Shown here one piece after another: positions 1 through 9,842 of a stretch of DNA of 64,000 nucleotides (positions are counted from its first letter, which is position 1; each line of letters begins with the position of its first letter). The translations under genes were made by a program, and so were the position numbers. The stretch is from assembly GCF_006345805.1 (NCBI RefSeq), contig NC_043003.1, positions 81,840,001-81,904,000 on the forward strand. The letters are read 5' to 3'. The stretch is from Octopus sinensis (taxonomy: Eukaryota). The notes under the pieces were generated by a model. That model saw only the letters and a list, made by a program, of their open reading frames with translations. It did no database searches and had not been told where the DNA came from.

Positions 1-1662
1 ACAATATTCCCCAATTTTTTATATTTCATTACAAATGTTGTCCTGCTCATCACCATCTACGCGGATACTGTACCTTTTTAGACACACTCTTTCCATTGGG
101 CTGCTAGTTTTTTTTATGCACCGCGTGGCATCTCTTCAGCCAGAAGCTATGAATCCCATCTGGTCCGAGGGCTTTCCAGTTAGGTACTTTACCTACCTGT
201 TCTTTCACATTACCCACACTTATGACAATATTCCTTTGTTTCTTTCCTCCTTGTAATTCTGTCTTGATAGTTCCTATCCACATTGCATCCCTTTTATGCA
301 CCCCATTGTTTCCCCATAATCAGCACCAGAACGCCTTGCCTTGATTTGCATCAGTAGCAACATTTCCTCAGTTTTCTCCTTCTAACGTTCGGAAGAATTG
401 CTTCAGGTCATTTTTGAAGTCTTTTCTCCGCGAACTTCTTATTTCTTTTCACAAATCTTCAGATCTTCTGGCTTTTTTTAATGATCCTCTGTTTTAACGG
501 CTCTATTGCTGCATCAGACCCGTTCTTCCGTATTTTATATTTTTTCTCGAATCTTTCTCGGTCGGACTTTTTCCCATTTTTCCAGTTTCCTCTTAACCAT
601 TGCTCAATTTTTCCGAGATCATGCCTTGCCCGAATTTTTTCTCTTTCAATGCGCGGTTTCCACCATGGTTCTTTTGCTTCACCATTTTGTGCTTTCTTAA
701 GTTGTAATTTCTCCTCGACAAGTAGTTCGGAGAAGATTCGTTGTTTGTGTTATGTACTCTGTCTGGATGTATGGTATGATAGTATTTAACTTTTGTGATA
801 CTTTATCATACTCCTATTTACCCTTTTCATATTCATGGGGATCTTGTCTTCTGGAGCATTCAAGTCGGTGAGTCGTCTTTGAATTTCAAGCAATTCATTA
901 TCTAGTTGGTTCACTTCCCTTGCAAGTCCACCTACCACAGTATCAGGGTTCACTGTGTAACGTTCTTGTTCCTCATCCTTAACAGCCCAATCACCATTTC
1001 CCTGTTTCTCCTGTATACTCTTCTTCCTACTTTCAGTTCCCACCTTTCTCAAATCCGACCATCCTTTGTAGCCCATCCGCAGGGGCTCTCAGACACTCAC
1101 TAATCCGAGATGTTTCTACACCAGTAAAGTATACCTTCCTCCTAATTACTCTCACTTGGTTCCTTACTTTATTTTCTGACATTGGACTCATGTACTTTTC
1201 CATCCAAAATTTCAAGTTGCGTCGGCCTCCTCCGCGATTTCATTCCAGCTTTGCCCTTTCATGATATTCAATGAGTGTATCGTACTCTTCCTTCGTCCAT
1301 TTAGGTCTGTTCCTGCGCACAATGTGTTTCGTGATCTGTTGTGACATAACGACCTTCCGATATCAGATCACTGCCCCTGATGCGGGCGGTTTCGGATGTG
1401 CCGGGCAGGAAATCTTCTCCATGATCCGCTAGAGATTCATTGTTGCCGTTAATTATTTCCTTGTATTGCATCATGATTTCATGAGTCGTTCGTGGAGTTC
1501 CCACGAGATTTGTTATTGAAATCCCACCTCTCTCTTCTTCTCATTATTTCTTAATACACGTGCACATGTATGTACATACACATATACATAAATAACGTGC
1601 TTGCATTGTGTCGCCTCCATAAGCACAGTGATGATCATTACCACCATCGTTCTACCTAAAGC

Positions 1663-1664
<2 letters not shown>
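1..1664 (-). mobile_element. R4/Dong-clade non-LTR retrotransposon, 5' part (decayed; runs off the window start)
   Basis: Minus-strand fragments KWTKEEYDTLIEYHER, WMEKYMSPMSENKVRNQVRVIRRKVYFTGVETSRI and KVPNWKALGPDGIHSFWLKR resemble the R4/Dong N-terminal region and the pre-RT WKAPGPDG motif. Frameshifts and stops are present. Confidence 0.8.
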
Positions 1665-1708
<44 letters not shown>

Positions 1709-1730
1709 GTTATCATTATTATTATTATTA

Positions 1731-1770
<40 letters not shown>

Positions 1771-1792
1771 GTTGTTGTTGTTGTTGTTGTTG
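1665..1792. repeat. (TTA)n/(TTG)n microsatellite between two R4/Dong pieces
   Basis: Read directly from the sequence. Confidence 0.97.
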
Positions 1793-2561
1793 CTATTATC
1801 TATGGCTTCCTTTCATTATAACTTACTTTAAGCTGCCTTAGTACCCGGCATCCTCCGGAGGCCAAGATTAGCAAGTGTACTTTTGCTTTGCTATGCATGT
1901 TAAAATTAACACATTGATTCCATTTTTGAGGGAGAGTGTTTTCCGTAGTATATGGGATGTACGCATCAAGGTTATCTTTTGTAATTCAGGGAGATTGGAA
2001 CTACCAGATAGTTGCTCAATATACTTCTCAGCTCCCTTCTTTATCATTCCAAATGCATCAATCACTACTAGTATTATCGTAATACTAAACTTCCACATTT
2101 TTATAATTTTAATTTACAGATATTTATAGTGAGAAAGCTTTTCGTATTCCTTTAAAACATTTTGTTCTTGTGGGACAGATATATCTATTAACAGACGGCT
2201 TCCTCTGTTGTAGTCCTTGATCAAAATGTCTGGTCGATTGAAGTCAATTTTTCTGTCTGTTTGTATTGGGAAGTTCCAAAGGATGGTGACGCCCTCACCA
2301 ATTACTACATCCTCTGGATGGTGCCTGTTCCACTTATTACGGGATTTAATATTGTATCATTTACAAGCATTCCAGTGGATGTACTGCCTTAGTCTATCAT
2401 GTCTTATGAGGCACTCCATTTCAACGAGGACTGGGGAGCCAGAAACAACACGATCAATTGTCTCTGTAAATTTTCCGCAAATATTGCACGGAGTGTCTGA
2501 TCCATCTTTAAGGGCGTTTGCTTAGTAGTTTCTGGTAGGTAAGCTCTAACTTTGTGCTGCA
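1793..2561 (-). mobile_element. R4/Dong-clade LINE, 5'-truncated 3' end (zinc knuckle, restriction-like endonuclease, 3' UTR)
   Basis: Minus strand reads RHDRLRQYIHWNACK, TILWNFPIQTDRKIDFNRPDILIKD, LLIDISVP, EYEKLSHYKYL and MWKFSITIILVVIDAFGMIKKGAEKYIEQL...LQKITLMRTSHILRKTL, the usual RLE C-terminus. Confidence 0.88.
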
Positions 2562-2624
<63 letters not shown>

Positions 2625-2640
2625 GTTGTTGTTGTTGTTG

Positions 2641-2690
<50 letters not shown>

Positions 2691-2702
2691 GTTGTTGTTG
2701 TT
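2562..2702. repeat. (TTA)n/(TTG)n microsatellite
   Basis: Read directly from the sequence. Confidence 0.97.
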
Positions 2703-2889
2703 AAGGTAACGGGCTGGCAGAACCGATAGCACGGTGGGTAAAACGTTTACCGGCATTTCGTCCGTCCTTACATTCTGAGTTAAAATGCCGCTGAGGTCGA
2801 CTTTGCCTTTCATCCATTGATGGTCGATAAATAAAGTACCAGTTGAGTACTGAAGGTCGATGTAATCGGCTTAACCTCCTCCCCAAAAA
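2703..2889 (+). mobile_element. tRNA-derived SINE, family A
   Basis: Head GGCTGGCAGAA...GCATTTCGTC and body GAGGTCGACTTTGCCTTTCATCC...GGTCGATAAATAAAGTACCAGTT, shared with more than 10 other copies in the window. Confidence 0.85.
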
Positions 2890-3636
2890 GTAGTAGTATT
2901 TGTTATTGTAACTGTAGCAGCAGCAATAGGAGTAATTGTAGTAACAGCAGTAACAGTAGTAATAGTAGTATTTGCTGTTGTTGTCGTAGTATTCATTGTA
3001 GTTGTGATCAGTACTGTTACTACTGCACTGTGTTGAATTTATTCGGTTGTTTCTTCAGATCATGTGCTATGAGAGTATTTGTCCAAACTAATTAATTGAG
3101 ATTAATTTGCAATCGAGTTTAGATAAATTTTCCTCACTTGAGAGCGAAGCAAGAATAATTGTTCTTCTTGGGAATTCTCCCTTTCCGTTTCGTTCTATTT
3201 TCATTCCCAAAATTTCATTAATCAATTCCTGATCAAACTAAACGTGTTATGTATGTTTCCATTAGACAGACTTTTTGTAGTAAGAGCACAGGTGTAACCG
3301 CAACATAGTGGTATATATTTGACAGGCACTTATAAAATGAAACTAATAACGGTGAACATACGAGTTGTAATGCTGTACACGATAAAGATCTGTGACCTAC
3401 ACGATTCCACAACTCTAAACGAAGAGTTGTAAATATTTGTAAACAACCGATGATCTGATTAATGCACTTATATATTCAGTTTAAGGTTAAAAGATGGGAA
3501 ATGTTGAGCTACAACAAGCGTTTTCCTAATAGGGTATGCTGAAGAGATCATGTTCGCATGAAAATATAATTGCATTAAAATAGCGTCTCCTGTTGACCAT
3601 CTATTTCCGCTCCGTTTAACTCTCTGGCCACTTATA

Positions 3637-4829
3637 TCAGGTCATCCCATAAGTTCTGTCCGATCTTACCTGTTTTAAAACTGAATGAAATCTTATAGTA
3701 TTTTAGAATGTCTAATGGAATTAAACATTATTTTTATGCATTTCTGTACATTTAAACTAATTAAAAATTATTTTGAAGAATAATAGAATTAAATTTCTTT
3801 GATTAAAACCCTTTCTAACATGAAAGTATCCAAAGAGCATTTAAAGCACATAATGCTTTACGAGTACAAAAAAGGAAACTGCAGCCGAAGCGACTCGAAA
3901 CATACCCTCAGTTTATGGGAAAGAATGCTTGAATGAAAGAACTTGCTGAAGATGGTTTGCAAAATTGAAAAGTGGAGATTTCAGTCTTGAGGCATTACTT
4001 GAAGAAAATCCTGCATTATCAGTTGACGAATTGGCAATAAAGCTTAGTTCAAACCATACAACTGTGAATCGTCTTCAACAACTTGGAAAGTTTCCTAAAC
4101 TTGGAAAATGGGTGCCTCATGAATTGTCCGAAAGCAACCGCAAATCCCAAGTTGACATCTGCTCATCTCTCTATTCTCGCGGACGAAAAATGGATCCTCT
4201 ATTGAAATGTTAAACGAAGTAATTAGTGGCTTGGTAAAAGGGAAAAAGCTTAACCACACCCGAGAAGGGAAATTCATGGGGGAAAAGGTTATCCTCTGTA
4301 TCTAGTGGGATTGCAAAGGGCCAATTCACTTTGAATTGTTACCACTTAATGCAACAATCAATGCTCAAGTCTACTGTCAGCAATTAGAGCGTTTGAATCA
4401 AGCTTTGAAAAAAAAAGACCCGCTTTAGTGAATCGAAAAGGAGTGATGTTTCATCAGAACAATGCGCAGCCCCACACTGCAATGATCACATTACAGAAGA
4501 TCGAAGACTTCGATTAGGAAAAAAATCCTCATCCACCTTATTGCCCCGACGTTGCTCCTTCAGACTACTATTTGTTTCGTAGTTTACAGAATCATTTGGG
4601 GGACATAACTTTCGCAAACCAGGAGGAGGTCGAAACTGACACTTCAGAGTTCTTCGCTTAGAAACCAGATGAGTTTTACATTGATGGGATTAAAAAGCCC
4701 GTAAAAAGATGGAAGGAAGTCATAGATAATCAAGGAAAGTACATTCATGATTAAATTTCAAATAAATATAATATTTGATCACTTGTTTTCTTCGTTCAAA
4801 ATTCGGACAGAATTTATGTGATGACCTGA
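3637..4829 (+). mobile_element. mariner (DD34D-type) DNA transposon with both TIRs
   Basis: 27-nt TIRs TCAGGTCATCCCATAAGTTCTGTCCGA (3637-3663) and its reverse complement at 4803-4829 with 2 mismatches. TA duplications at 3635-3636 and 4830-4831. Confidence 0.95.
3820..4754 (+). pseudogene. mariner transposase pseudogene
   Basis: Motifs WVPHEL, DEKWILY, FHQNNAQPH (second Asp changed to Asn) and HPPYCPDVAPSDYYLF. Stops, frameshifts and two internal deletions (after SGDFSLE and before DEKW). Confidence 0.93.
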
Positions 4830-5084
4830 TATGTGCTTACTCTCCATTAATTTTTTGTCAGTTGTGAAAACCACCGACACTTGAAATAATTGTAAATCCC
4901 ATTGAATGAATGCAGTTTTCTTTCCTAAGTATTTCACATCCGTGTCAACTTTCGCATATATCCATATATTTTAGATTCTCTGTAACTTGTATAATATTTC
5001 TAGTATATATAAGTTTAAACAATGAAGCGTGTGTTTTGAGTTTTATAAGAGTTCGCAAGTTAAAAGATAGAAGTGTTTGGCTTA

Positions 5085-5368
5085 GTTAGATTTATCTCCC
5101 AATTGCAAGGTCATGAACTCCATTCCCGTTGACCCGTTATATCCTTTATTTCACGTTGCTCCAGTCCACCGGCAAATATGAGTTGTACTTGTAATTCAAA
5201 GACCCAACCTTATCACATTCTGCGTGATGCTGAACCCTCCTGAGAATTAAGTTAAGTGTACGCGTGTATGTGGGGTGCTCAACCACTTTCATATTAATTG
5301 TGCAAGCAGGTTATCCTGCTGATCAGATCATTCGAAACAATCGTCGCCTTAACTGACAGAGTGCCAGT
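5085..5368 (+). mobile_element. tRNA-derived SINE, family C (degenerate head)
   Basis: Eroded A/B-box head followed by TTTATTTCACGTTGCTCCAGTCCAC...GTGCTCAACCACTT...GACAGAGTGCCAG. Family identity is from recall, not from a search. Confidence 0.65.
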
Positions 5369-5924
5369 AAGAGATAGATATAAGCAGTTGAACTACTGCT
5401 GATTCAATAGACCTGCTTTATGACACAACACTATTTAGACTGCTGGCCATTTTCCTACACGTTAGACCAGAACACGCAATCATATTTAATCATATTTAAT
5501 TTCGTATAATGCTTGCATGGATAACGTGTCGCAGAGAATGCATAGTCGATTTATTTGAACCCGATTATATATCATCTCTCAAAGAATGCATCCGATAATT
5601 AGGCATCTACCACTACAACATATTAAAGCATTGGTACCGATTAAAGCATAGCCTAATTTGTTCAACAAGGCCTCCGCATGGGGGTACACCAGAATAAAAT
5701 AGGAATCAAAGGGGTTCATAGGTAAAAAAATAGTTGAGAAACCCTGATGAAAGTGTAAGATTTATTTTTCCCTCAGACAGAGGGTCAATTTATCCAATGC
5801 TTATTTGTTTCCGTTATTGGCAGCATGTTTTGGTGAACGACATCGAAAAACACTATGATAGATTTCCTAGCCCCCAGAAACAACTGTTGCTTATATACAT
5901 ATGCATGCATTTTATTCATATAAA

Positions 5925-6014
5925 CACACACACACACATATACACATATATAAATCGTGTATCTATATCTCTCTCTACACACACACACATATATATATAT
6001 AAATACACACACAC

Positions 6015-6049
<35 letters not shown>

Positions 6050-6110
6050 CATACATACACATAACACATAAATACACACACACACACAAACACACACATA
6101 TATATATATC
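5925..6110. repeat. (CA)n/(TA)n compound microsatellite
   Basis: Read directly; it explains ORFs 5734..6219 and 5785..6099. Confidence 0.95.
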
Positions 6111-6362
6111 TTTAATCCCTTTTCCTATTTTTACTTGTTTCAGTCATTTGACATGTGGCATTAAGATGGTGTTCTGTGGCTATTTAATTGTTTTAACTCT
6201 TATTTCTAGGAACGCTTAGTACTCTCTATCACTTTAGTGACGTCTATAATTTCGCATTTTGGTAGTTAAATTTTTAAAAGCCAACCATATCATTTGTATG
6301 TATATATATATGTGTGTGTGTGTGTGTGAATATATGTGTGTTTGTGTGTGTGTGTGTGTATA

Positions 6363-7194
6363 CAGGTTGTGACAGGTAAATTGTCACCATGTAATATTCT
6401 TTATTTTGCGCATGCTCATTGCTTGCTTTGGATTTAGTCAACTACATAGTAAGTAGGGTCAGCTGGGCGCCATCTGTGAGAAAAACAGCACCATGACAAA
6501 GTTCAATGTGTCAATAATTTGGAAACGACATGTACTGCTTGGCATTTCCGCTGAAAGCTCCAATACGAACAATTCATGGTGTTTGCGTGTCAATCTGAAG
6601 GCAGTGCATGTATTGAGAGTTTTAAAAATCAGACATCAAGTCATGGTGTTTGGAGTGATCACTGGTGATGGCAACGTTATGCATCCACATGGCCTTAGAC
6701 TCAACACGGAAGCCTACATCAAGTGACTGGAAGAGGTAGTGCTGCCATGGGTCAATAAGGTGAAAGACCTTGTATCTGGCAACAGGACGCAGCGTCATAC
6801 CACACAGGTCTAGGGAACCTAGTGATAGCTCTCTTATAATTTCTGCGACCACATCACCGCTAACATCTGGCCACATAACTCCCCACACTGCAAACCCCCT
6901 TGATTATCATGTGTAGGTCGCAGTTGAGTGAGAGACCAACAAAACTCCTTGTAACACCATAGATGAACTGAATACAAGGATTATGGTAGCTTTCACCAAC
7001 TTAAACAGGGAGGCCGTGCAGAAGAGTTGCAGGATTTTCCGAAAGTTGTCTGGAGTCCGTGGTTGAAGCTAATGGAGATTTTATTGAATGTTATTTTTTA
7101 TTTAATTTTGGTATTTATATATTTATTAAAATGAGATGTAATTGTTATTTTCGTTTGTGCGTAATTTAGGCAGCAGTTCATTCACCGCACCCTG
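6363..7194 (+). mobile_element. Tc1/mariner DD37D (maT-like) transposon, internally deleted
   Basis: Fragments VMVFGVITGDG, WQQD, IWPHNSPHCKPLDYHV and VVEANGDFIE. There are 112 nt (37 codons +1) between the last two Asp codons. Ends TA-CAGGTTG (6361) and CACCCTG-TA (7196), with eroded TIRs. Confidence 0.8.
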
Positions 7195-7291
7195 TATATA
7201 GATACATACGTACGTACATACATACATACGTACGTACGTACATACATACATACAAACATACATACACACACACACACATAAAATAATATCA

Positions 7292-7945
7292 ATTTAAAGG
7301 TCACAGTTTTTTCAACATATAAAACTATCAGTAACGCCTTAATACATGTATTGTGACCTTTAAATAAATAATTATTGTTTCTCACCAAAAGGTGTACTTT
7401 TTTTGTTGAATTTTCTATCACGGATCTGTACGTTGTATACCTCCTAACGTTGGCTTTTCACTGAAAATTCATAACTGCCATATGGTTGGCGTGATTGCTT
7501 TGTTAATTTGAGTGACTCTAAATATTCAACCAAGTTATAGATATTTATACCATATGGATTACTCCACTAAGAATATAGCTACACCACCAAATAAACTATA
7601 TCACGGGATACAAGACCTCGTGAAATGGATGCGATGGACAGTTTTATTTTTTTGATTTCAGATAATCGTCTTCATATAGAGAACGTTATGATTTAAAGAC
7701 ACGTAAATACCCTCCTATTGTTAAAGCTTTATATTTTTTTAAATTTTAGTTTCTGGTTTCGTTTTCCATTGTTTACTGTCTACGTTCTCTATATGCTGCC
7801 TGAAGAATATGTATGAGATTTTTCAAAATATGAAACTATTTGTAGCGCTTTAATACATGTATTGTGACCTTTAAATAAATAATAACTAATCTTTATCTCT
7901 CACCAGGTGGAGTACTTTGTTAGTTGAATTTTCTATCACTGATCA
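7292..7945 (+). mobile_element. Penelope/retrozyme-like element: two direct repeats 511 nt apart, the 3' copy carrying a hammerhead
   Basis: 34-nt identical core at 7339-7372 and 7850-7883 within ~120-nt repeats. A 14-nt inverted fragment at 7292-7305 matches 7352-7365. Hammerhead core in the second repeat. Confidence 0.55.
7797..7847 (+). ncRNA. type I hammerhead ribozyme candidate HH1
   Basis: UGC-CUGAAGA(7800-7806)-AUAU...AUAU-GAAA(7832-7835)-C-UAUUU-GUA|GCG. Stems I and III are short. Confidence 0.5.
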
Positions 7946-7957
7946 GTTCATATATAT

Positions 7958-8077
7958 ATACGACGGGCCTCCTTCAGTTTCTGTGTACAAAATCCACACA
8001 AAAGCCCTTCGCAGGCCCGAGGCTATAGTAGAAGACGCTGGAACTAGAAGTCACGCACAGGACTGAACCTGGAATGT
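7958..8077 (-). mobile_element. SINE family B, partial
   Basis: TATACGACGGG...GGCCCGAGGCTATAGTAGAAGAC...GGACTGAACCTGGAA matches copies at 24940 and 49727. Confidence 0.8.
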
Positions 8078-8082
8078 ATAGT

Positions 8083-8223
8083 AATAAACTTGCTTCCCAA
8101 CCACGTGGTTCCGGATTCACTCCCACTACGCGGCACCTTGGGACAGTGTCTTATACTATATAGCCTCGGCCGGCCAAATCCTTTGAGTATATTTGGTAGG
8201 TAGAAACTGAAAGAAGCCCGTCG

Positions 8224-8254
<31 letters not shown>

Positions 8255-8482
8255 ATGTGTGTGTGTGTATGTGTGTGCGCGCGTGTTTGTGTCTGTGTTT
8301 GTACCCCCACTATCGCTTGACAAGCAATGTTGTGTTTACGTCTCCGTCAATTGGAAGTTCGACAAAAGGCCGATAGAATAAATACTAGGCTTAAAAACAA
8401 TAAGTCGTAAAGTTGATTTGTTCGACTAAAGGTGGTGCTCCAGCATGGCCGCAGTCAAAATTATTAAAACAAGTAAAAGAAT
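8083..8482 (+). mobile_element. SINE family B with internal (TA)n(TG)n
   Basis: tRNA-like head remnant, central TTTGGTAG...AAACTGAAAGAAGCCCGTCG and tail GGTGCTCCAGCATGGCCGCAGTCA...AAACAAGTAAAAGA. Confidence 0.88.
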
Positions 8483-8576
8483 ATTGAACGTATCCTAAAT
8501 ATTGAATTTTACATCAGATAATACGTGTACTACGCAAAGTATATTTTCATATACTTTACAACTCTTATTTCAAAGC

Positions 8577-8605
<29 letters not shown>

Positions 8606-8608
<3 letters not shown>

Positions 8609-8836
8609 TTCTTTACTACCCACAAGGGGCTAAACACAGCCGGGACAAAGAAGGACAGACAAACGGATTAAGTCGATTATATCGACCCCAGTGTGTAACT
8701 GGTACTTAATTTATCGACCCCGAAAGGATGAAAGGCAAAGTCGACCTCGGCGGAATTTGAACTCGGAACGTGACGACAGACGAAATACAGCAACGCATTT
8801 TGCCCAGCGTGCTAACGTTTCTGCCAGCTCGCCGCC
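8606..8836 (-). mobile_element. SINE family A, full length
   Basis: Runs from GGCGGCGAGCTGGCAGAAACGTTAGCACG to GTAGTAAAGAAATA on the minus strand. Confidence 0.92.
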
Positions 8837-8838
8837 CT

Positions 8839-8926
<88 letters not shown>

Positions 8927-9440
8927 TAGATGTGTGTATATATATGTATGTGTATATACGTACGTGCGCGCACACTCACGCGCACGCACGCACACACGCA
9001 TCTGTATTCATAGCGTACTGTAGTAATATAAAAAAAAAATTGGAAATATAGCACTTGTAAGATATCTTGCATTCTCTTACAGCTGCTAATTATATTGCAT
9101 TGATTATATGTGGCCCATAATTTAATTTAGCATTTATTTAAAATGTACGCTGGTAGAAGTGAAAATATATTCTGTAACTCAATCTTGCTTTGAAAATGTG
9201 CTATATTACCACATGCCGTACAAAGGCTTGTTGAACGAGGTATATGTTACCCTCTTTCTGTTTTCTTTCCGCTCTGCCACTTTCTTTCTCTCTTTCGCAT
9301 ACATATTCACTCGTTTTACAATTTTCAATTGAGGCCATAACTCTGATGTTGAAAGACGTATATCTGGAGTATACTGAGACTTATTTTTGAAAAATAATGA
9401 AGACCACTTTAAAAACCAAATAACTTGTAATAAATATATA

Positions 9441-9842
9441 TATTTCTCTTCTACCCCCAGAGGGGACAAACAAGGACAGACAAAGGGATTAAGTCGATTA
9501 CATCGATCTTTGTGAGAAACTGGTACTTTATTTATCGACCTCGAAAGGATGAAAGGCTAAGTCGACCTCGGCGGAATTTGAACTGAGAACGTAACGACAG
9601 ACGAAATGCCTATTTCTTTACTACTCACAGGGGGCTAAACACAGAGAGGACAAACAAGGACAGGGAAACGGATTAGGTCGATTATATCAACCGCAGTGCG
9701 TAACTGGTACTTGATTTATCGAGCCCGAAATGATGAAAGGCAAAGTCGACCTCGGCGGAATTTGAACTCAGAACGTAACGACAGACGAAATACCGCTAAG
9801 CATTTCGACCGGCGCGTAACGTTTCTGCCAGCTCGCCGCCTT
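9441..9842 (-). mobile_element. SINE family A head-to-tail dimer
   Basis: Full copy 9842->9611 joined directly to a 5'-truncated copy 9610->9441. Confidence 0.9.

Noticed and set aside
3530-3580. CUGAAGA...AUG-UUCG-CAU-GAAA hammerhead-like string
   Set aside because: The cleavage position would be G, there are 4 extra nt before stem II, and stem I is only 3 bp.
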